Part shown: in pieces, positions 8,249 through 15,761 of the stretch | How the letters are laid out: every line of letters starts with the position of its first letter | Position numbering within the stretch: the stretch's first letter is position 1 | Assembly: GCA_029212965.1 (NCBI GenBank) | Contig: JARGOV010000002.1 | Coordinates: 1,638 to 65,637, forward strand | Origin: Porticoccaceae bacterium | GTDB taxonomy: Bacteria; Pseudomonadota; Gammaproteobacteria; Pseudomonadales; Porticoccaceae | Reading direction: 5' to 3' | Length of the DNA stretch: 64,000 nt | Made by a program: the position numbers and the translations under genes | Notes under the pieces: model-generated | Database searches by the model: none | The model's input: only the letters and a program-made list of their open reading frames with translations | Told to the model about the DNA's origin: nothing

Positions 8249-9913
8249 TCAATGTTTTAGCGCTTTGTGTTTGACGCGTTTGGGCTGGGCATCCTGGCCC
8301 TTACGGGCGACCAAATCGTCGTGATATTCGCTGTAATTACCTTCGAAAAACACCACCTCGCTGTCGCCCTCAAAGGCGATGATATGGGTGGCGATGCGGT
8401 CGAGAAACCAGCGATCGTGAGAGATAACCAGTACACAGCCGGGAAAGGCCAGAGTAGCTTCTTCAAGCGCACGCAGGGTTTCCACATCGAGATCATTGGA
8501 CGGCTCATCGAGCAGCAATACATTGGCCGCTTGTTTTAAGGTGTTCGCTAAATGCAGACGACCGCGTTCACCACCGGATAAGTCGCCGACCCGTTTTTGC
8601 TGGTCCGAGCCTTTGAAGTTAAAGCGCCCGGCATAGGCGCGAGAATTCACTTCGTAGTCGCCGATGTGAAGAATATCTTGGCCATCGGAAATGGCCTCCC
8701 AAACCGATTGATCGTCGTCGAGGTTTTCGCGACCTTGTTCGACCACGGCTAACTTGACTGTTTCACCGAGGGTGATTGAACCGCTGTCGGGTTGTTCGAC
8801 ACCGTCGATCATGCGGAACAGAGTAGACTTGCCCGCGCCGTTGCCGCCAACAATGCCGACAATGGCGCCCTTGGGAATACTTAACGACAAGTCATCGATC
8901 AATAGGGAGTCGCCGAAACTTTTATTGAGGTGTTCAATTTCAATCACCTTATCGCCGAGGCGGGGTCCGGGTGGGATATAAATCTCGTTAGTTTCATTGC
9001 GGGTTTGGAATTCACGGCTGTTCATTTCTTCAAAGCGTTGTAGTCGTGCTTTATTTTTAGCTTGCCGTGCCTTGGGGTTTTTACGCACCCAGTCGAGTTC
9101 TTGCTTGATAGCCTTGTAGTGGGCGGCCTCGCCCTTTTTCTCTTGCTCAAGGCGAGCTTCTTTTGTTTCGAGCCAGGTGGTGTAGTTGCCCTCATAGGGG
9201 ATGCCGTGGCCCCGGTCGAGCTCAAGTATCCAGCCCGCGACATTGTCGAGGAAGTAGCGGTCGTGGGTTACGGCGACGACAGTGCCCTCAAAATTGTGTA
9301 GAAACTGCTCAAGCCAGTGTACAGATTCCGCATCTAGGTGGTTAGTCGGCTCATCGAGCAAGAGCATGTCGGGGCGAGATAATAAGAGGCGGCACAGCGC
9401 AACGCGGCGTTTTTCACCACCGGATAATTTACTGACGTCAGCCTCCCACGGCGGCAGGCGCAGAGCATCAGCCGCAACATCGAGCTTGTGGTCGAGGTTG
9501 TGGGCATCCCAGGTTTGAATAATGTCTTCCAGCTCACCCTGGCGTTTGGCCAGTTTGTCGAAGTCGGCATCGGGCTCGGCATAAGCAGCAAACACCCCGT
9601 CGAGTTCTTTTAAAGCATCGACGGCCTCGCGCACGCCATCTTCGACATTGCCGCGCACATCTTTTTCCAGGTCGAGGGCGGGCTCCTGAGCCAGATAACC
9701 AATTTTAATATCGGCCATGGGGCGCGCTTCGCCAATAATGTCGGTATCGAGTCCCGCCATGATTTTTAAAAGGGTCGACTTACCCGAACCGTTGAGGCCG
9801 AGCACGCCAATTTTGGCGCCGGGGAAAAAAGACAGAGAAATATCTTTAAGAATTTGTCGCTTGGGCGGGACAATTTTCCCCACCCGGTTCATGGAATAAA
9901 CGTACTGGGCCAT
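8249..9913 (-). CDS. ettA: Energy-dependent translational throttle protein EttA (ABC-F ATPase)
   Basis: Two ABC cassettes (GLNGSGKST, LSGGEKRRV; GGNGAGKST, LSGGERGRL). The N-terminus MAQYVYSMNRVGKIVPPKR matches EttA, so I use the ATG at 9913 rather than the 9931 start in the ORF track. Confidence 0.9.
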   Translation of the reverse strand: MAQYVYSMNRVGKIVPPKRQILKDISLSFFPGAKIGVLGLNGSGKSTLLKIMAGLDTDIIGEARPMADIKIGYLAQEPALDLEKDVRGNVEDGVREAVDALKELDGVFAAYAEPDADFDKLAKRQGELEDIIQTWDAHNLDHKLDVAADALRLPPWEADVSKLSGGEKRRVALCRLLLSRPDMLLLDEPTNHLDAESVHWLEQFLHNFEGTVVAVTHDRYFLDNVAGWILELDRGHGIPYEGNYTTWLETKEARLEQEKKGEAAHYKAIKQELDWVRKNPKARQAKNKARLQRFEEMNSREFQTRNETNEIYIPPGPRLGDKVIEIEHLNKSFGDSLLIDDLSLSIPKGAIVGIVGGNGAGKSTLFRMIDGVEQPDSGSITLGETVKLAVVEQGRENLDDDQSVWEAISDGQDILHIGDYEVNSRAYAGRFNFKGSDQQKRVGDLSGGERGRLHLANTLKQAANVLLLDEPSNDLDVETLRALEEATLAFPGCVLVISHDRWFLDRIATHIIAFEGDSEVVFFEGNYSEYHDDLVARKGQDAQPKRVKHKALKH

Positions 9914-10257
9914 TGTGTCACCATCGTGCAATTGGAGAAGCCCGCCATTGTAGCGAAATTAGTGGCCTACCGCTGTACAGACGCGTGTACAAACCATAGC
10001 TAGTTTAGGTGCTGACTATGGCTTATGATGACCAAGGCGCCCGGTAATTAGACCGGCACAACCCCTGGGTAATCACACGGCTTCATACTATTGTAATTAT
10101 TGCTCTTCACGCTTAGTTGAGGAGTGATAGGTGCAATGAACTTGTAAAAAATGCAGTGTCTAATCAAGCGAGCAGTTCGGCACCTAGTCATTACGACGAA
10201 TTCTTATACCGAGCTGTATTTCATTATGCCCCTTCATTATTAACAATAGGCATCATC

Positions 10258-11064
10258 ATGCAAAACCTCACTGAAACCGGTCAAAATCTTGTTAACGATA
10301 TTGCTCGCCGTTACAACCTGAGCGTCGATGCTGTCGTTCATATGCTAGTCGCCGTGAACAATGGCAATGGCAGTATGGCTCAATTTAACTGCCCTGAACT
10401 GGGCGGAGGTGGTCAATGGATGCGTGGTGGTATGACCATGGTGGGCGACATGTTCAACAATGGTTTAAAAAACACGGTCGATAATTTGTGTAACGAGTTA
10501 GCGGGTATATTGGCTAACAATCAAATTTTTCCTGTTATTCCAGCGGGCACGCCGGGCAGTAACCAGTGGTGGCCAGCGGATCTCGGTAGTCCATCTAGCA
10601 GTGGAGCACAAAACAATATTCGTTACGCTGTTTTCCCCAATCGCCTAGCCGTTGAGTTGCAAGGCCAGGTAACGGTGTATGACACTCTAGATCACAATAT
10701 TAGTGGCGTGAGCCAGCAGCAGGGTGGCGATACTTCATTAACCTTTAGTAGCCAATATGGCACCGTGGCGGTTTCAAGTTTACCAATCGTCCATGGGCAG
10801 GGTTTGCCTAAACCCGTGCAAACCAATTTCGCGGAGCCTGCGCCGTATAATCCACCGGCGAATAGTTCTTCCGATCAAGTACTGAGTGAGTCAGCTTATA
10901 CATCTAATCCATCGGCTCAGAGCCAAAACACAACTCCTGTTAATCATGAGTCAGCCAGTGAAACCATGAAATTACTTGAGCAGCTCGACCAGCTACGCAG
11001 TGCTGGAGTATTAACCGATGAAGAATTTAAGGCGAAAAAGCAAGATTTGTTAAGTCGCATCTAA
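10258..11064 (+). CDS. SHOCT-domain protein of unknown function
   Basis: C-terminal LRSAGVLTDEEFKAKKQDLLSRI is a SHOCT-type short oligomerisation motif. The N-terminal Gly/Asn-rich domain (GGGGQWMRGGMTMVGDMFNNGLK) is uncharacterised. I chose the ATG at 10258 over the upstream TTG at 10117. Confidence 0.55.
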   Translation: MQNLTETGQNLVNDIARRYNLSVDAVVHMLVAVNNGNGSMAQFNCPELGGGGQWMRGGMTMVGDMFNNGLKNTVDNLCNELAGILANNQIFPVIPAGTPGSNQWWPADLGSPSSSGAQNNIRYAVFPNRLAVELQGQVTVYDTLDHNISGVSQQQGGDTSLTFSSQYGTVAVSSLPIVHGQGLPKPVQTNFAEPAPYNPPANSSSDQVLSESAYTSNPSAQSQNTTPVNHESASETMKLLEQLDQLRSAGVLTDEEFKAKKQDLLSRI

Positions 11065-11099
11065 CCCACAGCTAAGGGTCGTTTGGGGTGGCCGGAGGT

Positions 11100-11232
11100 T
11101 GTTCCTGCCGCTTTCAAAGCCGTGGGCGAAAACCGTCGCACCCTTCTCGGCGAGGCCTTTGGCGATAATCTCCCCGGTGCCGCGATAACTGCCGGTGACC
11201 AGCACTATTTTGCCTGCTCAGCCGAGTTGCAT
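11100..11232 (-). pseudogene. Decayed 5' fragment of an SDR gene paralogous to the intact SDR at 12270-13061
   Basis: The reverse strand reads MQLG*AGKIVLVTGSYRGTGEIIAKGLAEKGATVFAHGFE, against MELGLTGKVALVTGSYRGTGEIIAKQLANEGATVIAHGFE in the intact gene. It has an in-frame TGA at codon 5 and is truncated after about 45 codons. Confidence 0.8.
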
Positions 11233-11300
11233 TTTCCCTCTCCCATTAATTATGAATACATCGTGTCTCAGAGCTTAGCGCGAGCGCAAGTTTTTTACGT

Positions 11301-11395
11301 TTATGTGGCTTTGTTGCGTCGGTACTCTGTGGGTCAAATACCGATCACCTGTTTAAACAGTCAGGAGAGGTAATAGGCATCTTAGTAGTCGGTGT
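11301..11395 (-). pseudogene. Decayed 3' fragment of an AraC-family gene paralogous to 13131-14012
   Basis: The reverse strand reads DAYYLS*LFKQVIGI*PTEYRRNKAT*, against DAYYFSRLFKQVIGISPSEYRRNKAA* in the intact gene. Two internal stops, and only about the last 30 codons remain. Confidence 0.8.
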
Positions 11396-11419
11396 TTTGC
11401 TGTCGGTGCATAAGGCATA

Positions 11420-11439
11420 AAAAGGGTTGCGTCCCCTTT
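11420..11439. repeat. Hairpin repeat, left copy (also a terminator-like element for the HEPN-like ORF)
   Basis: AAAAGGGTTGCGTCCCCTTT has a 6-bp stem AAAGGG/CCCTTT and a TTGCGTC loop. By my count an 18/20 inverted copy lies at 12187-12207. On the minus strand the stem is followed by TTTTAT. Confidence 0.6.
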
Positions 11440-11481
11440 AATGCAATATCAATTACTCTGACCCCTTTGATTTTCCAATTG

Positions 11482-12084
11482 TTAGCTCTGAAATTCCGGT
11501 GCCAGACCAGTCCATGAATGTAGCGCCCCCGGAATATCTGCTTTTTTTATACCTCTTAACCGAAACAATTCTGCTAAAAACTCTTCGGCTGTTTTTAGAG
11601 ACTGAATAGCAGAATGCTCCCCCAATGAATCAAAAGCACTCGTATCAGCCAGACCATGAATTGTAGCACCCGGCACGTCTATAGTTTCCCATGTGTTTGA
11701 AAAGTGTACTAATCCATTTCGCAAATTCTTTAGTTCCATAAACCTCTGACCAGCCCCTGAGCCATAATCAATTTTATTTCCGAAAACTACTTCAGGCCAT
11801 TCCTTCAACTTTCTATCCAGAGGCGCTTGCCTTTTCAGGTCGTTTTGAATTCTTTCTTCAGCGTGCTTATAAGGCTTCTCGGATATCAGTATTCTGAAAT
11901 AAACATTAAGAAATACTTCTACAACCGTTACCGCAGTAATTACACATAATGCAGCATCCTCTTTTTTATACCCATCAGAACTGCGTTCTTCAACCCGGTA
12001 ACACATACGCCGAAGAGCGCTAAAATAGGACCAAACCATTTTGTTTGGGCTAGATAGAACTTTATTTGCATTCTGACTTTTCAT
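11482..12084 (-). CDS. Orphan HEPN-like protein (putative RNase-type toxin/defence component)
   Basis: 200-aa, apparently all-helical ORF. The motif ELKNLRNGLVHF (R-x4-H at 11704-11721) sits at the position expected for helix 4 of a HEPN domain. Sampled lines are about 32-40% G+C, against more than 50% in neighbouring genes. No convincing SD. Confidence 0.45.
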   Translation of the reverse strand: MKSQNANKVLSSPNKMVWSYFSALRRMCYRVEERSSDGYKKEDAALCVITAVTVVEVFLNVYFRILISEKPYKHAEERIQNDLKRQAPLDRKLKEWPEVVFGNKIDYGSGAGQRFMELKNLRNGLVHFSNTWETIDVPGATIHGLADTSAFDSLGEHSAIQSLKTAEEFLAELFRLRGIKKADIPGALHSWTGLAPEFQS

Positions 12085-12116
12085 AAGGGGCTAACAGTGT
12101 ACTTAAGCGGAATTCA

Positions 12117-12157
12117 TTTTCCGCGTATTATGATATTAACGCGGAAAACACGGAAAA
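12117..12157 (-). promoter_or_regulatory. Inverted repeat / candidate operator-promoter upstream of the HEPN-like ORF
   Basis: Perfect 9-bp arms TTTTCCGCG (12117-12125) and CGCGGAAAA (12140-12148) surround a 14-nt AT-only spacer containing a minus-strand CATAAT. A third half-site CGGAAAA is at 12151-12157. The element lies 33-73 nt upstream of the ATG at 12084. Confidence 0.4.
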
Positions 12158-12186
12158 TTCCCCGTCTTGCACGCGCACAGCAAGGT

Positions 12187-12207
12187 AAAAAGGGACGCAA
12201 TCCTTTT
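12187..12207. repeat. Hairpin repeat, right (inverted) copy
   Basis: The reverse complement of AAAAAGGGACGCAATCCTTTT, AAAAGGATTGCGTCCCTTTTT, matches 11420-11439 including the loop TTGCGTC. It lies just downstream of the SDR stop on the minus strand. Confidence 0.6.
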
Positions 12208-12269
12208 ACCCAAAGTCATCACGGGATCGGGTCTTGCAATCAAACATTCTGAGCCCAAACCCCACCTAT

Positions 12270-13061
12270 TCAATGAACAATATCCAACGCCCCACCATCA
12301 ATACGCAGGTTTTGCCCGTTAATAAAAGCCGCTCGTTCACTGGCGATAAAGCACACTAAGTCGGCCACTTCTTCTCGGGTGGCGATACGTCCGGTGGGGT
12401 TGGGGAAGCGCTTGGCGACAATGCGTCGCTCAATGGTTTCCCAATCGTCTTCCCAGCCTTCGCGTTTAGCCTTGGCCCGAAAGGAGGCCTCTATTTCGGG
12501 GGTGCGAATATAGCCGGGTGAAATGGTGTTGACGGTAATGCCTGTGCCGGCAAGCTCTTTGGCCAGGCCAACGGCAATATTGGCCAGCGCGCCCTTTGAG
12601 GCGTAATAGGCGGGGCGTAGATGGTTGGGCTGGGTCGAGCCAACAGTGCCCAATTGAATAATGCGGCCAACGCCGAGTTCACGCATTTGCGGAGTTAAAA
12701 GGCGAATCATGCGCGCTGCCGAGAGGACGTTTTTTTGGTACATGTCGAGCCAGTCGTCACTGTCGGCATCAGCCCAGCGCTTTTCGACGGCGGTGCCGTA
12801 ATTGTTGACTAAAATATCGATGTGGCCGGTGCTAGCAAGGGATTGTTCTGCGATCTGGGCGCAACCTGCTTCGGTGCATAGATCACCCCAAACGGCGAAT
12901 TTTACAGCGCTGTCAGCGGTGACATGGTCGGCACTACCGCGTTCAAAGCCATGGGCAATAACAGTGGCGCCCTCATTAGCGAGCTGTTTGGCGATTATTT
13001 CACCGGTGCCGCGATAGCTGCCGGTGACCAGTGCTACTTTACCTGTTAAGCCGAGTTCCAT
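12270..13061 (-). CDS. SDR-family oxidoreductase
   Basis: 263-aa ORF with the cofactor motif TGSYRGTGEI, NNYG, and the catalytic YxxxK (YYASKGAL). Confidence 0.85.
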   Translation of the reverse strand: MELGLTGKVALVTGSYRGTGEIIAKQLANEGATVIAHGFERGSADHVTADSAVKFAVWGDLCTEAGCAQIAEQSLASTGHIDILVNNYGTAVEKRWADADSDDWLDMYQKNVLSAARMIRLLTPQMRELGVGRIIQLGTVGSTQPNHLRPAYYASKGALANIAVGLAKELAGTGITVNTISPGYIRTPEIEASFRAKAKREGWEDDWETIERRIVAKRFPNPTGRIATREEVADLVCFIASERAAFINGQNLRIDGGALDIVH

Positions 13062-13130
13062 TTTTTCTCTCCGATAATTTTATGGGTACATCCTGCGACA
13101 GTGCTTGGCTGGGGTGCAAGTTTTTTGCGT

Positions 13131-14012
13131 TTATGCCGCTTTGTTGCGCCGGTATTCGCTGGGCGAAATACCAATTACCTGTTTAAACAGCCGGGAAAAG
13201 TAGTAGGCGTCCTTGTAGCCGCTCTCGATGGCAATTTGTTTAACAGAGTGCGCGGTGCTGTCGAGTAGTTGGCAGGCGTGCTGCATTTTTAGGTGAATAA
13301 AATGTTGGATGGGGGAGTGCCCCGTGATTTGCTTAAATTTACGGGTGAAGTGGTATTTCGATAAGTTGGCGTCGTCGGCAAGAGCTTGCAGGTTTAAACT
13401 GCCGCACAGATTCAAGTGCATTAACTCTTCGATCTTCGCCAGATCGATGGCCTGTCCGGGCTGTTGTTGGTGGCGTTGGGCGCTGTAGGCGATAAAACTG
13501 AGCATTTGTTTGAGCCGACAAGCACTGTGAATATAGGCGTCGATGGAGTAACCGCCACGGCGCAGGGAGAATAGCGCCTCGAAGTCAGCAATCAGCCGTG
13601 GCTGTAGGCCAATTTGTGCAAAGGGTTCGTTGCCAATGCGCTGGCTATACTCGCGGGCTAGTGTGCCGCTGTAGTGGGCCCAGTAAATAGTCCAGGGTTG
13701 TTTGGCGTCAGCGCGATAGCTGTGAGCTAACCCTTCGGGCAGAGAAATAATGTCCCCGGCTTTAATTGACCACTCATGCTTACCGGCTTTGAGACGTCCC
13801 TGGCCTTCAGTACAATAAATTAACAGGTAGTTGGCGTTTTGCTGCCGGCGCATGCGGTGGTGACGGGCCTGGGGATAGAAACCTGTGGCCAGTGGGTAAA
13901 GGTCTTCACAAAGTGGGTCGGCGGCCATTGCATCAACTAAAAACTTAGGTGATAAAAGGCGAATACCTTTAGGTGGCAAGGGCCAGTCTGAGGTGATGTC
14001 TGTTTTTTTCAT
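13131..14012 (-). CDS. AraC/XylS-family transcriptional regulator (MmsR-like), divergent from mmsA
   Basis: N-terminal cupin-like domain plus a C-terminal double HTH (KYHFTRKFKQITG...DAYYFSRLFKQVIGISPSEYR). The divergent position next to the mmsA operon parallels Pseudomonas MmsR. The start is uncertain: ATG at 14012, or GTG/ATG at 14084/14081. Confidence 0.75.
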   Translation of the reverse strand: MKKTDITSDWPLPPKGIRLLSPKFLVDAMAADPLCEDLYPLATGFYPQARHHRMRRQQNANYLLIYCTEGQGRLKAGKHEWSIKAGDIISLPEGLAHSYRADAKQPWTIYWAHYSGTLAREYSQRIGNEPFAQIGLQPRLIADFEALFSLRRGGYSIDAYIHSACRLKQMLSFIAYSAQRHQQQPGQAIDLAKIEELMHLNLCGSLNLQALADDANLSKYHFTRKFKQITGHSPIQHFIHLKMQHACQLLDSTAHSVKQIAIESGYKDAYYFSRLFKQVIGISPSEYRRNKAA

Positions 14013-14066
14013 AATAAAAACATCAACATAATAAAGAGGTGTCTTATTTACTTGATGAGATTGTAA

Positions 14067-14098
14067 GGCAATATAGTCCATCACCTGGGCAATATAGT
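14067..14098. promoter_or_regulatory. Direct repeat pair, candidate AraC/MmsR binding site
   Basis: A perfect 11-mer GGCAATATAGT occurs at 14067-14077 and again at 14088-14098. The 21-bp phasing equals two helical turns. It lies in the mmsR-mmsA divergent region. Confidence 0.4.
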
Positions 14099-14210
14099 GA
14101 ATTTTTATTGTTATCTGTTTATGCTTATATATGCATCAGCTTGTACCCCTATATTGACATAGACCGCGCTTGGCACCTTTGCTAGGCGGCACGACTAACT
14201 GAGGTTGACC

Positions 14211-15710
14211 ATGGCATTTCCAAAAACTGTACCCTTATTCATCGAAGGCGAGTGGATTCAAAGCGAAAGCACTCAGCGCACTCAGGTGCTCAACCCGGCC
14301 ACGCAAGAGCTGCTGACCGAGGTGCCTGCTGCGACTGACGCAGAAATGGAGCGTGCCATTGCCTCGGCCAAGAGCACGTTTCAAACCTGGAAAGAAGTAC
14401 CGACACCCCAGCGTGCGCGCATTATGCTCAACTACCAGCACCTACTGAAAAAGCACCACGATGAAATTGCCGAAATCATCAGTCAGGAGCTCGGCAAGAC
14501 CTTTGAAGATGCCAAGGGCGATGTCTGGCGCGGTATTGAAGTGGTTGAGCATGCCGCCAATGTCGCCAGCTTGATGATGGGGGAAACCGTTGAGAACGTG
14601 GCCGGTAGCATCGACACCTATTCGTTCGTGCAGCCCATTGGCGTGTGCATGGGTATTACGCCCTTTAATTTTCCGGCGATGATTCCGCTGTGGATGTTTC
14701 CCTTGGCCATCGCCTGCGGTAACACCTTTATTCTTAAGCCTTCCGAGCGCGATCCGCTAACGCCCACCCGCCTGGCTGAACTGTTTGAAGAAGCGGGTGC
14801 CCCCAAAGGCGTACTGCAAATTATTCACGGTGGTGCTCATCAAGTGGACTACCTGCTCGAGCACCAAGATATTTGCGCGGGTTCTTTTGTCGGCTCGGTG
14901 CCGGTGGGTAAGCACATTTACCAAAAAGGTACTGCTAATCTCAAGCGTATGCAGTGCATGACTGGCGCTAACAATCACATGGTGGTGGTGCCCGATGCCA
15001 ACAGAAGTCAGGTGGTAAATAATATTATCGGTTCGGCCTTTGGTGCGGCAGGGCAGCGTTGCATGGCGATTCCCAATGTGATTTTGGTCGGTGCTGCTAA
15101 AGAATGGGCCGGTGATATCGCCGCCGCTGCGGAGAAAATTCGCCCCGGTGTTTGGTCCGATAAAGGTGCTGCCTATGGCCCTCAAACCAATACCGCTGCG
15201 AAAGAGAAAATCACCGCTGCTATCGCCAAGGCCAAGGAAGAGGGTGCGACTTGCCTGCTCGATGGTTCTGATTGTGTCGTCGAAGGCTACCCCGACGGTA
15301 ACTGGATTGGCCCAACGATTTTCACCGATGTCAGCCGCGATATGAGTGTCTATAAAGACGAGGTCTTTGGCCCCGTCTTGTGCCTGCTCACCGTCGACAC
15401 TCTCGATGAGGCGATCGCCGCGATCAATGAAGACTTCCGTGGTAATGGCACGTCTATATTCACGTCCTCTGGTGGTGCAGCGCGTAAATACCAGCATGAA
15501 ATTTTGGTCGGCCAGGTGGGTATTAATGTCCCTATTCCCGTGCCCCTGCCGTTCTTCTCGTTCACGGGTTGGAGAGGGTCCTTCCACGGTGACCTACACG
15601 CCTATGGTAAGCAGGCAGTACGCTTTTATACGGAAACGAAAACCATCACGGCGCGCTGGTTTGATGACGAAGTGGCCGGTGGGCCGAATATGTCCATTAA
15701 CTTAAAATAA
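14211..15710 (+). CDS. mmsA: Methylmalonate-semialdehyde dehydrogenase (CoA-acylating)
   Basis: About 499-aa aldehyde dehydrogenase with the typical MmsA N-terminus (VPLFIEGEW) and a catalytic Cys context (GQRCMA). First gene of a valine-catabolism cluster. The ATG at 14211 is preceded by GAGG. Confidence 0.9.
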   Translation: MAFPKTVPLFIEGEWIQSESTQRTQVLNPATQELLTEVPAATDAEMERAIASAKSTFQTWKEVPTPQRARIMLNYQHLLKKHHDEIAEIISQELGKTFEDAKGDVWRGIEVVEHAANVASLMMGETVENVAGSIDTYSFVQPIGVCMGITPFNFPAMIPLWMFPLAIACGNTFILKPSERDPLTPTRLAELFEEAGAPKGVLQIIHGGAHQVDYLLEHQDICAGSFVGSVPVGKHIYQKGTANLKRMQCMTGANNHMVVVPDANRSQVVNNIIGSAFGAAGQRCMAIPNVILVGAAKEWAGDIAAAAEKIRPGVWSDKGAAYGPQTNTAAKEKITAAIAKAKEEGATCLLDGSDCVVEGYPDGNWIGPTIFTDVSRDMSVYKDEVFGPVLCLLTVDTLDEAIAAINEDFRGNGTSIFTSSGGAARKYQHEILVGQVGINVPIPVPLPFFSFTGWRGSFHGDLHAYGKQAVRFYTETKTITARWFDDEVAGGPNMSINLK

Positions 15711-15761
15711 AGTGCTTTGAAATGATGGCCGGTGTTTTTATGACCGTGAAGGGGGCTGGTA

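Noticed and set aside
11083-11373. 96-aa plus-strand ORF from the six-frame track
   Set aside because: It is the antisense read-through of the decayed SDR and AraC fragments (see the pseudogene features), not an independent gene.
12131-12268. 45-aa very basic plus-strand ORF (MILTRKTRKIPRLARAQQGKKGRNPF...) between the HEPN-like ORF and the SDR gene, considered as a possible antitoxin
   Set aside because: It starts inside the AT spacer of the inverted repeat and has no RBS. It runs through the hairpin repeat and has a low-complexity basic composition, so it is most likely fortuitous. It would only be worth revisiting if RNA-seq or Ribo-seq shows expression.
14171-14186. TGGCAC...TTGC sequence upstream of mmsA that looks like a sigma-54 promoter
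   Set aside because: The GG-to-GC spacing is about 3 nt too short (TGGCAC-CT-TTGC) for a functional -24/-12 element.
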